DNA of 64,000 bases from NCBI RefSeq assembly GCF_044704955.1, contig NC_091977.1:263934001-263998000 (forward strand), given 5' to 3'. The notes below the pieces were generated by a model. The model saw nothing but the letters and a program-made list of their open reading frames with translations. It had not been told where the DNA came from and made no database searches. Shown here piece after piece: positions 1 to 11,275 of the stretch (position 1 is the first letter of the stretch; each line of letters opens with the position of its first letter). The DNA comes from Pristiophorus japonicus. Taxonomy: Eukaryota. A program made the translations under genes and the position numbers.

Positions 1-1667
1 CTGGAGTGCATCATCACGCCCGGCAACCAAATTTTAATTTGATTTTACGTTTTAAAGTTTAATTTGTTTTAATTGCCGGTGCTTTTAGTGTCCCCCTTCC
101 CTTTTATAGGGGGCACTGGGGAAAATTGTGATTTTAGTTCCCAAAAAAAAAAAACCAAAAAAAAAAAGAAAAACACAAAAAAAAACCAAAAAAAAAGGGG
201 GGAAAAAAAGGGCCTTGAAAATGTCTGGAGTGTCACCCAGGTCGGGTGGCACCGTTTATTGTTTTTATGTTTTCACAGGTGAACTCAAAAGAGTTTCATG
301 CACAAGGACCCCCCAGGTCCCTCTGCACCTCAGCATGTTGTAATTTCTCCCCATTCAAATAATATTCCCTTTTACTGTTTTTTTTCCCAAGGTGGATGAC
401 CTCACACTTTCTGACATTGTATTCCATCTGCCAAACTTTAGCCCATTCGCTTAACCTATCTAAATCTTTTTGCAGCCTCTCTGTGTCCTCTACACAACCC
501 GCTTTCCCACTAATCTTTGTTTCATCTGCAAATTTTGTTACACTACACTCTGTCCCCTCTTCCAGGTCATCTATGTATATTGTAAACAGTTGTGGTCCCA
601 GCACCGATCCCTGTAGCACACCACTAACCACCGATTTCCAACCCGAAAAGGACCCATTTATCCTGACTCTCTGCTTTCTGTTCGCCAGCCAATTCTCTAT
701 CCATGCTAATACATTTCCTCTGACTCCGCGTACCTCTATCTTCTGCAGTAACCTTTTGTGTGGCACCTTATCGAATGCCTTTTGGAAATCTAAATACACC
801 ACATCCATCGGTACACCTCTATCCACCATGCTCGTTATATCCTCAAAGAATTCCAGTAAATTAGTTAAACATGATTTCCCCTTCATGAATCCATGCTGCG
901 TCTGCTTGATTGCACTATTCCTATCTAGTGTCCCGCTATTTCTTCCTTAATGATAGCTTCAAGCATTTTCCCCACAACAGATGTTAAACCAACTGGCCTA
1001 TAGTGACCTGCCATTTGTCTGCCCCCTTTTTTAAACAGAGGCGTTACATTAGCTGCTTTCCAATCCGCTAGTACCTCCCCAGAGTCCAAAGAACTTTGGT
1101 AGATTATAACGAATGCATCTGCTATAACTTCCGCCATTTCTTTTAATATCCTGGGATGCATTTTATCAGGACCAGGGGACTTGTCTCCCTTGAGTCCCAT
1201 TAGCCTGTCCAGCACTACCCCACTAGTGATAGTGATTGTCTCAAGGTCCTCCCTTCCCACATTCCTATGACCAGCAATTTTTGGCATGGTTTTTGTGTCT
1301 TCCACTGTGAAGACCGAAGCAAAATAATTGTTTAAAGTCTCAGCCATTTCCACATTTCCCATTATTAAATCCCCCTTCTCATCTTCGAAGGGACCAACAT
1401 TTACTTTAGTCACTCTTTTCCATTTTATATATCTGTAAAAGCTTTTACTATCTGTTTTTATGTTTTGCGCAAGTTTACCTGGCAACCCGATCTTTTTGGC
1501 ACAGATCTTAGGCTCCGCCTCCAAAGCTAAAGGACAGGCTATGCGGCGCCAAAATGAACAATTCAAACAGGAAAAGTTGGATTTTTCTTTTGGCATAGTT
1601 GGGCCCCAAAAAGACGGGCATAACTCTTCAAGTGTGCCAAAAAACAGCTTTGGCGGAAATTGAGCCC
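1..1667. mobile_element. MITE (probably Harbinger-type), left end outside window, split by a CR1 fragment (MITE parts about 1-294 and 1482-1667)
   Basis: Ends in GGAAATTGAGCCC (1655-1667), the same ...AATT..GCCC terminal pattern as the other TIR-bounded MITEs in the window; non-coding; interrupted by CR1 RT sequence. Confidence 0.5.
295..1481 (-). mobile_element. CR1 LINE ORF2 fragment (RT domain), truncated at both ends
   Basis: ORFs 925-1596 and 296-886 contain [52 protein letters not shown] and KFADET (YADD-like); premature stop at 925. Confidence 0.95.
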
Positions 1668-2134
1668 ATAGTACCTAACTTCGACACATATGAACAGCGT
1701 TTCCACCCCAGTATCTTTCTTGCCTGGCTTCCATACTGCATCGATATGATGGCGGAAAACCCAGACATATTCTGTTTAAAAAGACACAATGTGACCTGCA
1801 TGTATAGGAAATTATGTGGAACAAAAAGAAAAACCCACACATATAATTAGTTACTGTTTTGCATATCTATAACTGTCATTCATTACATGAGAAAAACAAG
1901 TTGTGTGGCAATCTCAGTATGTTTTTATTAGGCTGTTGAACCTCCATTTCTTAACTGTAGTATTAATAAAGACAATCTGACCTCCTTGATTGAAGATTAA
2001 ATAGTTGATACTGTATTTGCTGCTGTTGTGTATGTGCGGCATGAGTTTTTTTCTCCCTCGTGTGGGCTGGAAAGGAAAACAAACTTATTTAGCCAATCAA
2101 TGCTATAGTCAGGTATTCTCTTCCCTTTTCTTCT

Positions 2135-3025
2135 TAGGCAGTCCCCTGGAGTTGCGGATGACTTGCTTCCACACTAAAAATGAGTTCTCAGGTGACTGGA
2201 GTCCAATGCGGGACCTGCAGTCTCTTTCACAGGCCACAGGAATGTTGGCCTGAGCGAGGACACTGATGTTGGTGAGCCTTTCCTGCCAGACGGTGGTTGG
2301 AGGAACGGGTGGGTGGGGGGCCTGGGTTGCCGCGTGCTCCTTCCGCTGTCAAAGCTTGGCTCCAGCTTGCTCTCGGCAAAGAGACTCGAGGTGTTCAGCG
2401 CCTTCCCGGCTGCTTTTTCTCCACTTTGGGTGGTCTTTGGCCAGGGATTCTCAGGTGTCGATGGGGATGTTGCAATTTTTCAAGGAGGCTTTGAGGATGT
2501 CTTGAAGCGTTTCCTCTGCACATCTTGGGCTCGCTTGCCATGTCGGAGCTCCGAGTAGAGCGCTTGTTTTGGGAGTCTTGTGTCAGGCATGCGGACATGG
2601 TACATGCTTCGATTCTGGGGCTGTTGGCCTGAGCGAGGACACTGATGTTGGTGCGCCTTTCCTGCCAATGGATTTGTGGGATCTTGCGTTAGTGGTACTT
2701 CTCCAGTGTTTTGAGGTGCCTGCTGCACATAGTCCATGTCTCTGAGCCATATAGGAGGGCGGGTATTACTACTGCCCTGTAAACCATGAGCTTGGTGCCG
2801 GGTTTGAGGTCCTGGTCTTCAAACACTCTTCCTCAGGTGACCGAAGGCTGCACTGGCATACTGAAGGCGGTGTTGGACCTCGTCGTCGATGTCTGCTCTT
2901 ATTGACAAGATGGGCAGAGGCTCCTGAGGTATGGAAAATGGTCCACGTTGTCCAAGGCCTCATTGTGGAATTTGATAACTGGGGGGCAGTGCTATGTGGT
3001 GGGGAGAGGTTGGTAGAGGACCTTT
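2135..3025 (-). mobile_element. RTE-clade LINE, 3' part (decayed)
   Basis: Translates to HVRMPDTRLPKQALYSELRHGKRAQ..QRKRFK, the RTE C-terminal region; homologous to 5808-6680 and 63285-64000. Confidence 0.9.
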
Positions 3026-3521
3026 GGGCGAGACGTCCACTTCAGATCGCTGGGCTAGTGCACATATATCGCCCAAAAAGGCAGTCTGTCGCCCATTTTG
3101 CTTCAAACGTGGAAAGTTGGACCGGAACATCGCTGGAAAATTGCCAGCCCAACTTTCATGTCACATTGGCGAGATGATCACTGAGGTAATCGGCCCCACA
3201 TCGCCCATCGCAACGTTTGGCACATCGCCCACACATCGCTGGGCTGATCGCTCGCCGGGAAGATCACTGGACATCACTGTAGAGAAGTTGCTTTTACCTG
3301 GACTTCCTCACAGAAATCGGCACTACGGATGCCATTTTGTACATCGGAGGAAGTGAGGAGGTTGCTTAAATAAGGGGCTTATAATTTGTGAGTTATTTAA
3401 GGGCCTTTTACTGATAGGTCCACTCACATTTATACTTATATTTATACTTATATTTACATTTATATTTATTTTAGTACAGAGGGCATTTATAACAATAGTG
3501 ATAGTGATAAAAGTGATAGTG

Positions 3522-4700
3522 ATGGGGCCTGTAGCTTCTTTACCATTACTTGTAAATGCTCACATGCTGGAGTCCGAAATTGAGTTGAGACTAATGCGGA
3601 GGCGGAGGAGGAGAACGTACAGCCGATGAACTTACAAGGAAAAACAATCTTACCTCATAACACATCTGATAACCTCTGATAACACATGCCTTAGGAGGCT
3701 GCGCTTCCGAAAGGAGGTCATCGATAAGATATGCCAGCTCATCAAGGGGGATCTGCAGCCTACCAGGACAGCACTACCCGTTGAGGTAAAGGTTACTGCA
3801 GCACTATCCTTCTACGCATCAGGCTTCTTTCAGGCTTCAGCTGGCAACATCTGTGATATCTCTCAGCACGTCACACATTGCTCCATTTGACAGGTGACTG
3901 AAGCCCTTTTTGCTCTTAAGATGGACTTTATAAACTTCCCTATGACCAGGGAGGCACAAACCAGGAGGGCTTTGGGTTTCTCGAGAATAGCAAACTTCCC
4001 CAAGGTGCAGGGAGCAATAGACTGCATGCACATCGCCTTGAAAGCACATGGAGGTATTTTGTAACCGAAAGGGATTCCACTCCTTGAATGTGCAGCTCGT
4101 TGTCGGCCAAAACCAAATAATCATGGCAGTTGATGCTAAATTTCCAGGCAGCATCCATGATGCGCACATCCTGCGTGAGAGCACTGTCTCTGACCTGTTT
4201 GTCAATCAGCCACAAGGTCACGATTGGATGCTGGGGGATAAAGTATATGGCCTTGCCAGCTGGCTCACGATCCCCCTGTGTAATCTCCTGATGGAAGCCG
4301 AGAAGCGTTACAATGAATGCCACAATATCGTCGAAAAGACAATTGGAGTGCTGAAGCAGCACTTCAGACGCCTGGACCACTCTGGAGGCAGCCTACAGTA
4401 CCACCCTGACCAGGTCGCTGAGTTTATTGTGGTGTGCTGCATGTTGCGTAACCTAGCTACAAGGAGAGGACAACAATTGCCAGGTGGGGCTGCCAGTCCA
4501 CCTCAGGAAGGAGTGCAGGCGGAAGAGGCAGACAAAGAGGAGGAGGAGGCTGGTGAGGACCTCGGGGAGGACAATCAGCCTGGCGATGAATCCATGGTCC
4601 CACCCTCCCTCCCCACCCCTCAAGACTGCAAAAACTTTGTGGTAGTTACGCGGCTGCAAAGCAGTTGCGTCAGCAGCTCATAAATGGACACTTTGCATGA
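3522..4700 (+). pseudogene. Harbinger/HARBI1-family DDE transposase, disrupted by stops and frameshifts
   Basis: CLRRLRFRKE, ALSFYASG, FPKVQGAIDCMHIAL, NRKGFHSLNVQLV, FPGSIHDAHIL, WMLGDKVYGL, IVEKTIGVLKQHFRRLD and IVVCCMLRNLA are canonical HARBI1-type motifs; in-frame stops and a frameshift near 4048. Confidence 0.92.
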
Positions 4701-5030
4701 ACTTACATTGGGGACAGTTACAGTTATGGTTACGGAAAGACAGCAGTTGCATTTGCGTTGAGTTACGTTTCATCCTTGCCTGGTCTGGCCTGGCCATTGT
4801 TTTACAACAGTTGACAGTTTTACCTTAACTTACTTTATTAGAAGATGCTGCACCACAATTGTAAAGTGAAATAAAATATTTTTATTATATTAACAAAATG
4901 TATTAACTATTTTAAAATAACACCCAACCAACCAACCACCCCCAACCCACACCCCGACAGTGAAACAACAATAAAAACAATAACAATGAAACATTTGAAC
5001 AATATCAACAATATAAAATGCACCTCCTCC

Positions 5031-5769
5031 CTACCTGCGGCCACGTTTCCCTCCAGATCCTGGACCCCCCCCCCCCCCACAGTGTCCTAGCCCCATCCAC
5101 CCATTTCGGTCCCCCTGTACCAAGACGACGCTGGCGTGTAACGGGCAACAGCAAGACATCCTGGTGGGGGTGATGGTGGCACATCGCCTGTTGGGGAGGT
5201 GTTGGAGGGTAAGATGAAGCTGGGGAATCGCCTTCCGAGTCAGAAGGGAGTGCTTCCTCCTGACTCGCTTGTGTGCTGGTGGTATGTCAATTGACGGCAA
5301 CTTGGGGTTCAGTGCCGTGTCCCACCACCATCGCATGCTGCAAGGCATCGACGGAGGCGGTCATCGCAAGCATCTTCCAGATCATCTGCTGCATATCCTC
5401 CGAATTGAGAGCACACGCCAGGGAGATGTCCCTCGTGAATACCACGAACGCCTGGAGATGCCCATGACTAATCACGATACTCTCCTCGCACAGTCTGGTC
5501 AAGCCCTCAATCCGTTCAGCCGGAGGAGGTGTATGCTGACCTTGCTGACCCGACCTCCGTCGGGTCAGCGTGAGCTCTATTAAATGCCTTGGCATCACTG
5601 ACTGCATGCTGCTTGATCCCGCTACCTCTTCAGTCAAAAATGACTCTGTATCCATATATTCCTCCTCCTCATGGTCGGTGCTCTCTTCCTCCTCCCCTCC
5701 TGTGGTGAGGATCACCTGCATCTTGAGAGGGAGGGGCTCTGGTCCAGTGGGATGAAGAAGAACCATCAA
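5031..5769 (-). pseudogene. Remnant of the Harbinger second (accessory DNA-binding) gene, C-terminal part
   Basis: Convergent with the transposase; acidic run (EEEESTDHEEEE), helical segment, basic C-terminus GKRGRR*; the Myb/SANT domain itself is not visible. Confidence 0.55.
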
Positions 5770-5807
5770 AACTTTTCTCTAATTTGACAACATGAAATAA
5801 TTCCATG

Positions 5808-8800
5808 TCATCATCTTCGAATTGAGGAAGACTTGCTTCCACTCTTAGAATGAGTCCTTAGGTGGCTGAACAGTCCAATACGAGAACCACAGTCCCTGCC
5901 ACGGGTGGGACAGACAGTCATTGAGGGTAAGGGAGGTAGGGACAGATTTGCCGCACATTCTTTCCGCTGCCCGCGCTTGATTTCTGCATGCACTTGCCGA
6001 TGAGACTCGAGGCGCTCAGCGCCCTCCCGGATGCACTTCCTCCACTTAGGGCGGTCTTTAACCAGGGACTCCCAGGTGTCGGTGAGGATGTTGCATTTTA
6101 TCAACGAGGCTTTGAGGGTGTCCTTGTAACGTTTCCTCTGTCCTACTTTGGCTCATTTGCCATGAAGGAGTTCCGAGTAGAGCACATGCTTTGGAAGTCT
6201 CGTGTCTGGCATGCGGACAATGTGGCCTGCCCAGCGGAGCTGATCAAGTGTGGTCAGTGCTTCAATGCTGGGGATGTTGGCCTGGTTGAGGACACTAACG
6301 TTGGTGCATCTGTCCTCCCAGGGGATTTGTAGGATCTTGTGGAGGCATAGTTGGTCGTATTTCTCCAGCAACTTGAGGTGTCTGCTGTACATGGTCCATG
6401 TCTCTGAGCCATACAGGAGGGCGGGTATTACTACAACCCTGTAGACCATGAGCTTGGTGGTAGATTTGAGGGCCTGGTCTTCGAACACACTTTTCCTCAG
6501 GCGACCGAAGGCTGCACTGGCGCACTGGAGGCGCTGTTGAATCTCCTCATCAATGTCTGCTCTTGTTGATAAGAGGCTCCCGAGGTATGGGAAATGGTCC
6601 ACGTTGTCCAGGGCTGCGCCGTGGATCTTGATGACTGGGGGGCAGTGCTGTGCAGCAAGGACAGGCTGGAGGACCTTTGACTTACGGATATTTAGCGTAA
6701 GGCCCGTGCTTTTGTACGTCTCAGTAAATACATTGACTATGTCCTGGAGTTCAGCCTCTGAATGCGTGCAGACGCTGGCGCGTCCGTGTACTGTAGCTCG
6801 ACGACAGAGGTTGAGGTGGTCTTGCACCTGACCTGGAGACGGTGAAGGTTGAACAGGTTCCCACTGGTTCTGTAGTTTAGTTGCACTCCAGCAGGGAGCT
6901 TGTTGACTGTGAGGCGGAGCATGGCAGCGAGGAAGATTGAGAAGAGGGTTGGGGCGATGACGCAGCTCTGTTTGACCCTGGTCCGGACGTGGATTGGGTC
7001 TGTAATGGATCCGTTGGTAAGGATCACAGCTTGCATGTCGTCGTGGAACAGGCGGAGGATGTTGAGGAACTTTTGGGGGCAGCCAAAACGGAGGAGGACG
7101 CTCCATAGACCCTCACGGTTGACAGTGTCAAAGGCGAAGAAGGCCACCTATAAGGGCTGGTGCTTGTTAGCGTTAGTGTTTTCTCAGAAGAATCACTCAA
7201 CACTCAGAGTCGGTTCCAATGCTGATGCAGCTTTTATTACGCTCAGCGGGGAGGAAACACTCAGGACCGTATCCAGGTTTCTCTCCACAGAACAAAGGGT
7301 TACATGCACCTTTATATGTTTCACAACAGTTACAAAACAGTTTACTACAGCTACACAGCCCATCACGGCTGGACACAAGCCAATCACAATGATTATAGAT
7401 TACATATAGGTTCTTTTAACCCAATAGAATTCCCCTAGTATCCAGGGAACCATATGTTCGGTTATTGTCAGCTTGGGCTGATCGATGACTTTATAGGTTC
7501 TCTCCCTAGTTCTTTCATCTGGGAGAAATAATTGGTTTATAACCTTGTTTACAGGAGATGGTTTCCCTCTTATCTTTCTTCCTGGGGAATTAATTGGTTT
7601 ATGACCTTGTTCACAGGAGATGGTTTCCTTCTTATCTCTGTCTTCCCGCATCCCAGGCATTCCTACAGTGGGCCTCACAGGGTTATTGCTTGGTCATTGA
7701 ATGTTCAACAGTTCACAGCTTGACTACCTGATTTCCCATCATGCCTGGGCAGCCATTTTATGTGTGTGTCCATTTTAAGCTTATGTGAGTTTTGATATAT
7801 CTAGCAGATGCCTAATGCCTAGTATTCTGGTATATTCTAAAGGTGCCTACCTCCTACAACAGTGCTGCACCCTGCATTTTTCCTGCAGCTGTTGCGCTGC
7901 AAAGATCATGTCCCTTGTGCTCCGTAGGGACGAAATCTGCACTGTGACTCCGGGAGGAGCTCCTCGGCAACAGGGAGAAGACGCTTGAGGAGGACTCTAG
8001 CGACAACTTTCCCAGTGGCTGATAGCAGGGAGATTCCTCTGTAGTTGCCGCAGTCGGACTTGTCCCCTTTTTTAAAGATGGTCACGATCACTGCAAATCT
8101 AAGATCTCCCGGCATGCTCTCCTCCCTCCAGATGAGAGAGATGAGGTCATGTATCCATGCCAACAGCGCCTCTCCGCCATACTTTAGTGCCTCAGCAGGG
8201 ATTATATCCGCTCCCGTAGCCTTGTTGTTCTTGAGCTGTCTTATGGCATTTCCTACCTCATGCGACGTTAGGGTTTCACTGAGGTGGTGACGGGTCACAT
8301 GCTGCGGGATGGAGTCGAGAACACTCGAGTCAAAGACAGAGTCTTGATTGAGGAGATCTTTGAAGTGCTCCTTCCAGCGGGTCCTGACTGCCTCAGTGTC
8401 CTTGATGAGTGTTTCCCCGTTCTTGGCCAGCAGTGGGATGGGGCATTGGGAGTTTGGACCGTAGGTGGCCTTGACTGCGATGAAGAATTCTCGCACTTCA
8501 TGGCTGTCGGCCAGTTGTTGTATCTCCTGTGCTTTCTCCATCCACCACCTGTTCTTTAAGTCCCGGGATTTTGGTTGGATCTCAGCCTTGAGCCACCTGT
8601 AATGTTGCTTTGCTGCTCCCGAGTTGGGTTGTTGCTTAAGGCTCAGAAATGCTCTGTGCTTGCGATCTATTAGTTCTTGGATTTCCTGATCATTCTCATC
8701 AAACCAGTCCTGGTATTTTCTGGTTGAGTGACCAAGCGTCTCTTCACAGGGACTGGTTATGGAGGCCTGGAGGGCAGACCATGCGCTGTGGGCATTCTGC

Positions 8801-9292
8801 GTCTCAGGGTCACCAAGGCACGCCAGGTTAGCTGTGAGGCGCTGGCTGTATTAGGCTCTCTTAGCAGGGTCTTTAAGTGCCCCGGCATTGACTTTTTTGC
8901 GACACTGCTTCTGCTGTCCCCTCCACTTTGGGGCTATGTTAATGTCGATGATGGATCGGATTAGGCGGTGGTCCATCCAGCAGTCATCAGCTCCTGTCAT
9001 GACGCAGGTGATGCGCACATCCTTGCGATTCCTGGCTCGGACGATGACATAGTTGAGCAGGTGGCAGTGTTTGGAGCGAGGGTGTTGCCACGATGCCTTG
9101 TATGTGTCCCTCTGGCGGAACAGGGTGTTGGTGATGAGAAGTTTATGTTCTAGACATTTTGTCAGGAATAGGGTACCGCTGGAGTTGGTTTTCCCTATCC
9201 CCTCCCTGCCAATCACGCCTCACCAGTGGGCTGTGTCTTTGCCTATCCTGGCATTGAAGTCACCGAGGAGGATCAGTTTGTTGTCCGCAGGT
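5808..9292 (-). mobile_element. RTE-clade LINE (APE endonuclease + RT + C-terminus), decayed, interrupted by a solo LTR
   Basis: LLGDFNA (about 9250-9270), ITNTLF..SWQHPRSKH, DCWMDHRL (EN); KKGDKSDCGNYRGISLLS, AFDTVNREGLW, VKQSCVIAPTLF, ELQYTDA (RT); QLRWAGHIVRMPDTRLPK; C-terminal CPT..CGSRIGLFSHLRTH. Confidence 0.95.
7165..7861 (-). mobile_element. Solo LTR (697 bp), ERV-like or other LTR retroelement
   Basis: TGTT...AACA termini; perfect 5-bp TSD GTGCT (7160-7164 and 7862-7866) that restores the RTE sequence; minus-strand TATAAA (about 7312-7317) followed by AATAAA (about 7233-7238); about 63-bp tandem repeat at 7519-7646. Confidence 0.85.
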
Positions 9293-9373
9293 GTATCTGG
9301 TGAGAGGTTGATGAACATCTATGAAACAGCTTCCTTAAAATTTAAAGAGGACTTGCATCTGCTTGGACACAAT

Positions 9374-9558
9374 GGGGGCGAAATTGCTCTGCGCTCCAAT
9401 TGGGGGCGATAACCTTCCGGGGCCAGGACTTTTAGCACCCAGTGTGAAAGTCCCATCCCTGCTGTGAAATTGCCCTTACCGCCCCTGAAAGGAAGTGGCG
9501 CACAATCTCTCGCGCTCCACTTTCTTTGGGGGTGATAAAAAGGTGCAATTTCGCACCC
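9374..9558. mobile_element. Short MITE (185 bp)
   Basis: TIR GGGGGCGAAATTGC / GCAATTTCGCACCC (one mismatch); flanks AAT/GAT. Confidence 0.7.
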
Positions 9559-10358
9559 GATGAATCCAATTGGCTACTCAGTACCACATTCCCCAATCCT
9601 ACTCATCACTTATATGTTGCCATAATTTTCAGCTGGCAAGATTCGTTTTTTTAACCATGCAGGAGACGGCACTTCTTCTTTCTTTGTTTTCAGGGTCCAT
9701 AGTGGACAAACTTATCAGTCAACAGGCTCTTAAGGCAGAAGAGAAACATGCAGAGTACCAGGAGCTGCAAAATTACAGAACCAACTGAAATACAGAATCA
9801 GATTTCTAATGACATTTGGGGTCGGGGGGGGGGGGTAATGAAATGCAATATGCTTAAAAATTGCTGTTAAGTTTATCCGCACAAAATAGCCTATAGTCAG
9901 AAAGAATCACATCAACGTGTTAATGAATGGCTCATCCAAACCTATCATTTTGAAGTAAGGAAAATAATTAGCTTTAAAATGATGGCAGAATCATGGCCAT
10001 GGAATCAACTTGTCAGATAGTGGGAGGAAGGTGGGGGTCATGGGGTTTTCACTCTACCATTCCCCCCGTATATTACATGGGGGGAGATTTCTTCTCTCTG
10101 TTGTGTGTTGTACAATCATTGCTGCATCCTTTATAAAGGGCTTACATTGCCAAGTCAGTGAAGGCTGCAAATATTCTATGATACCCACTCTTCCCAGTGG
10201 TTCAATGTCGTTCCCAGCCATATAGACCAGGAAGGTTTCAAGTTTCAATCCCTGGTCTATGCCGAGTTATTTGATCGCAACCAGGATAATGCCACCAGGT
10301 AATGGTGGGGTGGCACCAGGGCAGGGAGAGAGAAATTGGCTAGGTTTACCACTCCTGA

Positions 10359-10745
10359 ACTACATATTGAAATGTGGAAGATGCCTGTGCGTGGATTTTT
10401 TTAATGTGTGGTGGCCGTTGCACACCAACCACCACATGGGCTTGACAGAGCTCGGTCTTGGCCCAGTGGCAAGGATTAACCAAGATTACTGGAGACCAGC
10501 TCTGCTGCACAGACCTAGTGCACACATATCGCAGTGTGGGCTGGCCCGTGCTGCCCCTGGGTCCTCGCCTCTTCTGGGCCGTGAACTCTCGGCCTCTCCT
10601 GGACCCCGATCATGTCACTCTGCAATCTCTCGCGACTCCTTTGCCCCGACCTCACCGCTCCTGCTGTACCTGCCCACGCTCCAATCACCGACCTGGGTTA
10701 TGGTGACATCCAATCCAGTCGCCCTCTTCACAGCCATCTCGCCCC
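10359..10745 (-). mobile_element. RTE LINE 5' UTR with mutated ORF start
   Basis: Resembles shark RTE 5' ends as I recall them (GGAAGATGCCTGTGCGTGG...CACACC.CCACCAC); minus-strand ATGTAGTTC at 10365-10357 corresponds to the ATGAAGTTC (MKF-GTWNV) start. Confidence 0.6.
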
Positions 10746-10959
10746 CCCCACACCCTCCCCCTGTTGCTACACGGGAAGATTTTACTTGAGGTATTGCTCC
10801 CTTATTTCTTTTTATTATATAAATGTTAACTGCAACTTTTTCAAAGGGAATAGCATTTTAACTGGAATGTGCTGATACTCAATTGTTTCTTAGCCTTTTT
10901 TTCCCTCCCTTTAGCTGTCTCCTTCTATAGGCACTGATGAGATTGGCTTTCCCACTTCC

Positions 10960-11275
10960 AACATCCCAAGTGGCCATTCTTTGTGTGAGCCACGAGTGAC
11001 TATTAACTGCAGATGGCATCACAACTGATACTGATCCTATCCTCAGCCAACATTTGCGCACCATCACTTCCAGTAGGGATCGCTAGATAGCTATCAGAAG
11101 TGGTAAACCTAGCCAATTTCTCTCTCCCTGCTCTAGGGTCATTGTGCCACCCCACCATTACCCGAGGCATTATCCTGGTTGCGATCAAATAACTCGGCAT
11201 AGACCAGGGATTGAAACTTGAAACCTTCCTGGTCTATATGGCTGGAAACTACATTGAACCACTGGGAGGAGTGAG
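10960..11275 (-). mobile_element. Ancient tRNA-derived SINE, AmnSINE2-like
   Basis: Minus-strand GCCATATAGACCAGGAAGGT.TCAAGTTTCAATCCCTGGTCTATGCCGAGTTA (B-box region), followed by GAGGATAGGATCAG..GTGATGCC..GAATGGCCACTTGG, resembling the AmnSINE2 consensus as recalled. Confidence 0.6.

Larger units (their letters stand above)
3026..5770. mobile_element. PIF/Harbinger DNA transposon (decayed, right end missing)
   Basis: Begins GGGCG exactly where RTE homology stops; subterminal ATCGCCC/ATCGCTG motifs; DDE transposase on + and a convergent second ORF on -; AATAAA (4870) and TTTATT (4881) between them. Confidence 0.85.

Noticed and set aside
73-343. Lys-rich ORFs over an A-rich block (about 141-210)
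   Set aside because: Translation of a homopolymeric low-complexity tract inside a MITE, possibly a base-calling artefact.
3522-4700. Domesticated HARBI1 host gene
   Set aside because: Stops, a frameshift, a transposon terminus and a convergent accessory ORF indicate a decayed transposon.
9570-9788. Plus-strand exon-like ORF ending GSIVDKLISQQALKAEEKHAEYQELQNYRTN*
   Set aside because: A pyrimidine tract plus CAG exists at about 9693, but there is no recognisable homology or partner exon, and it lies inside the rearranged segment.
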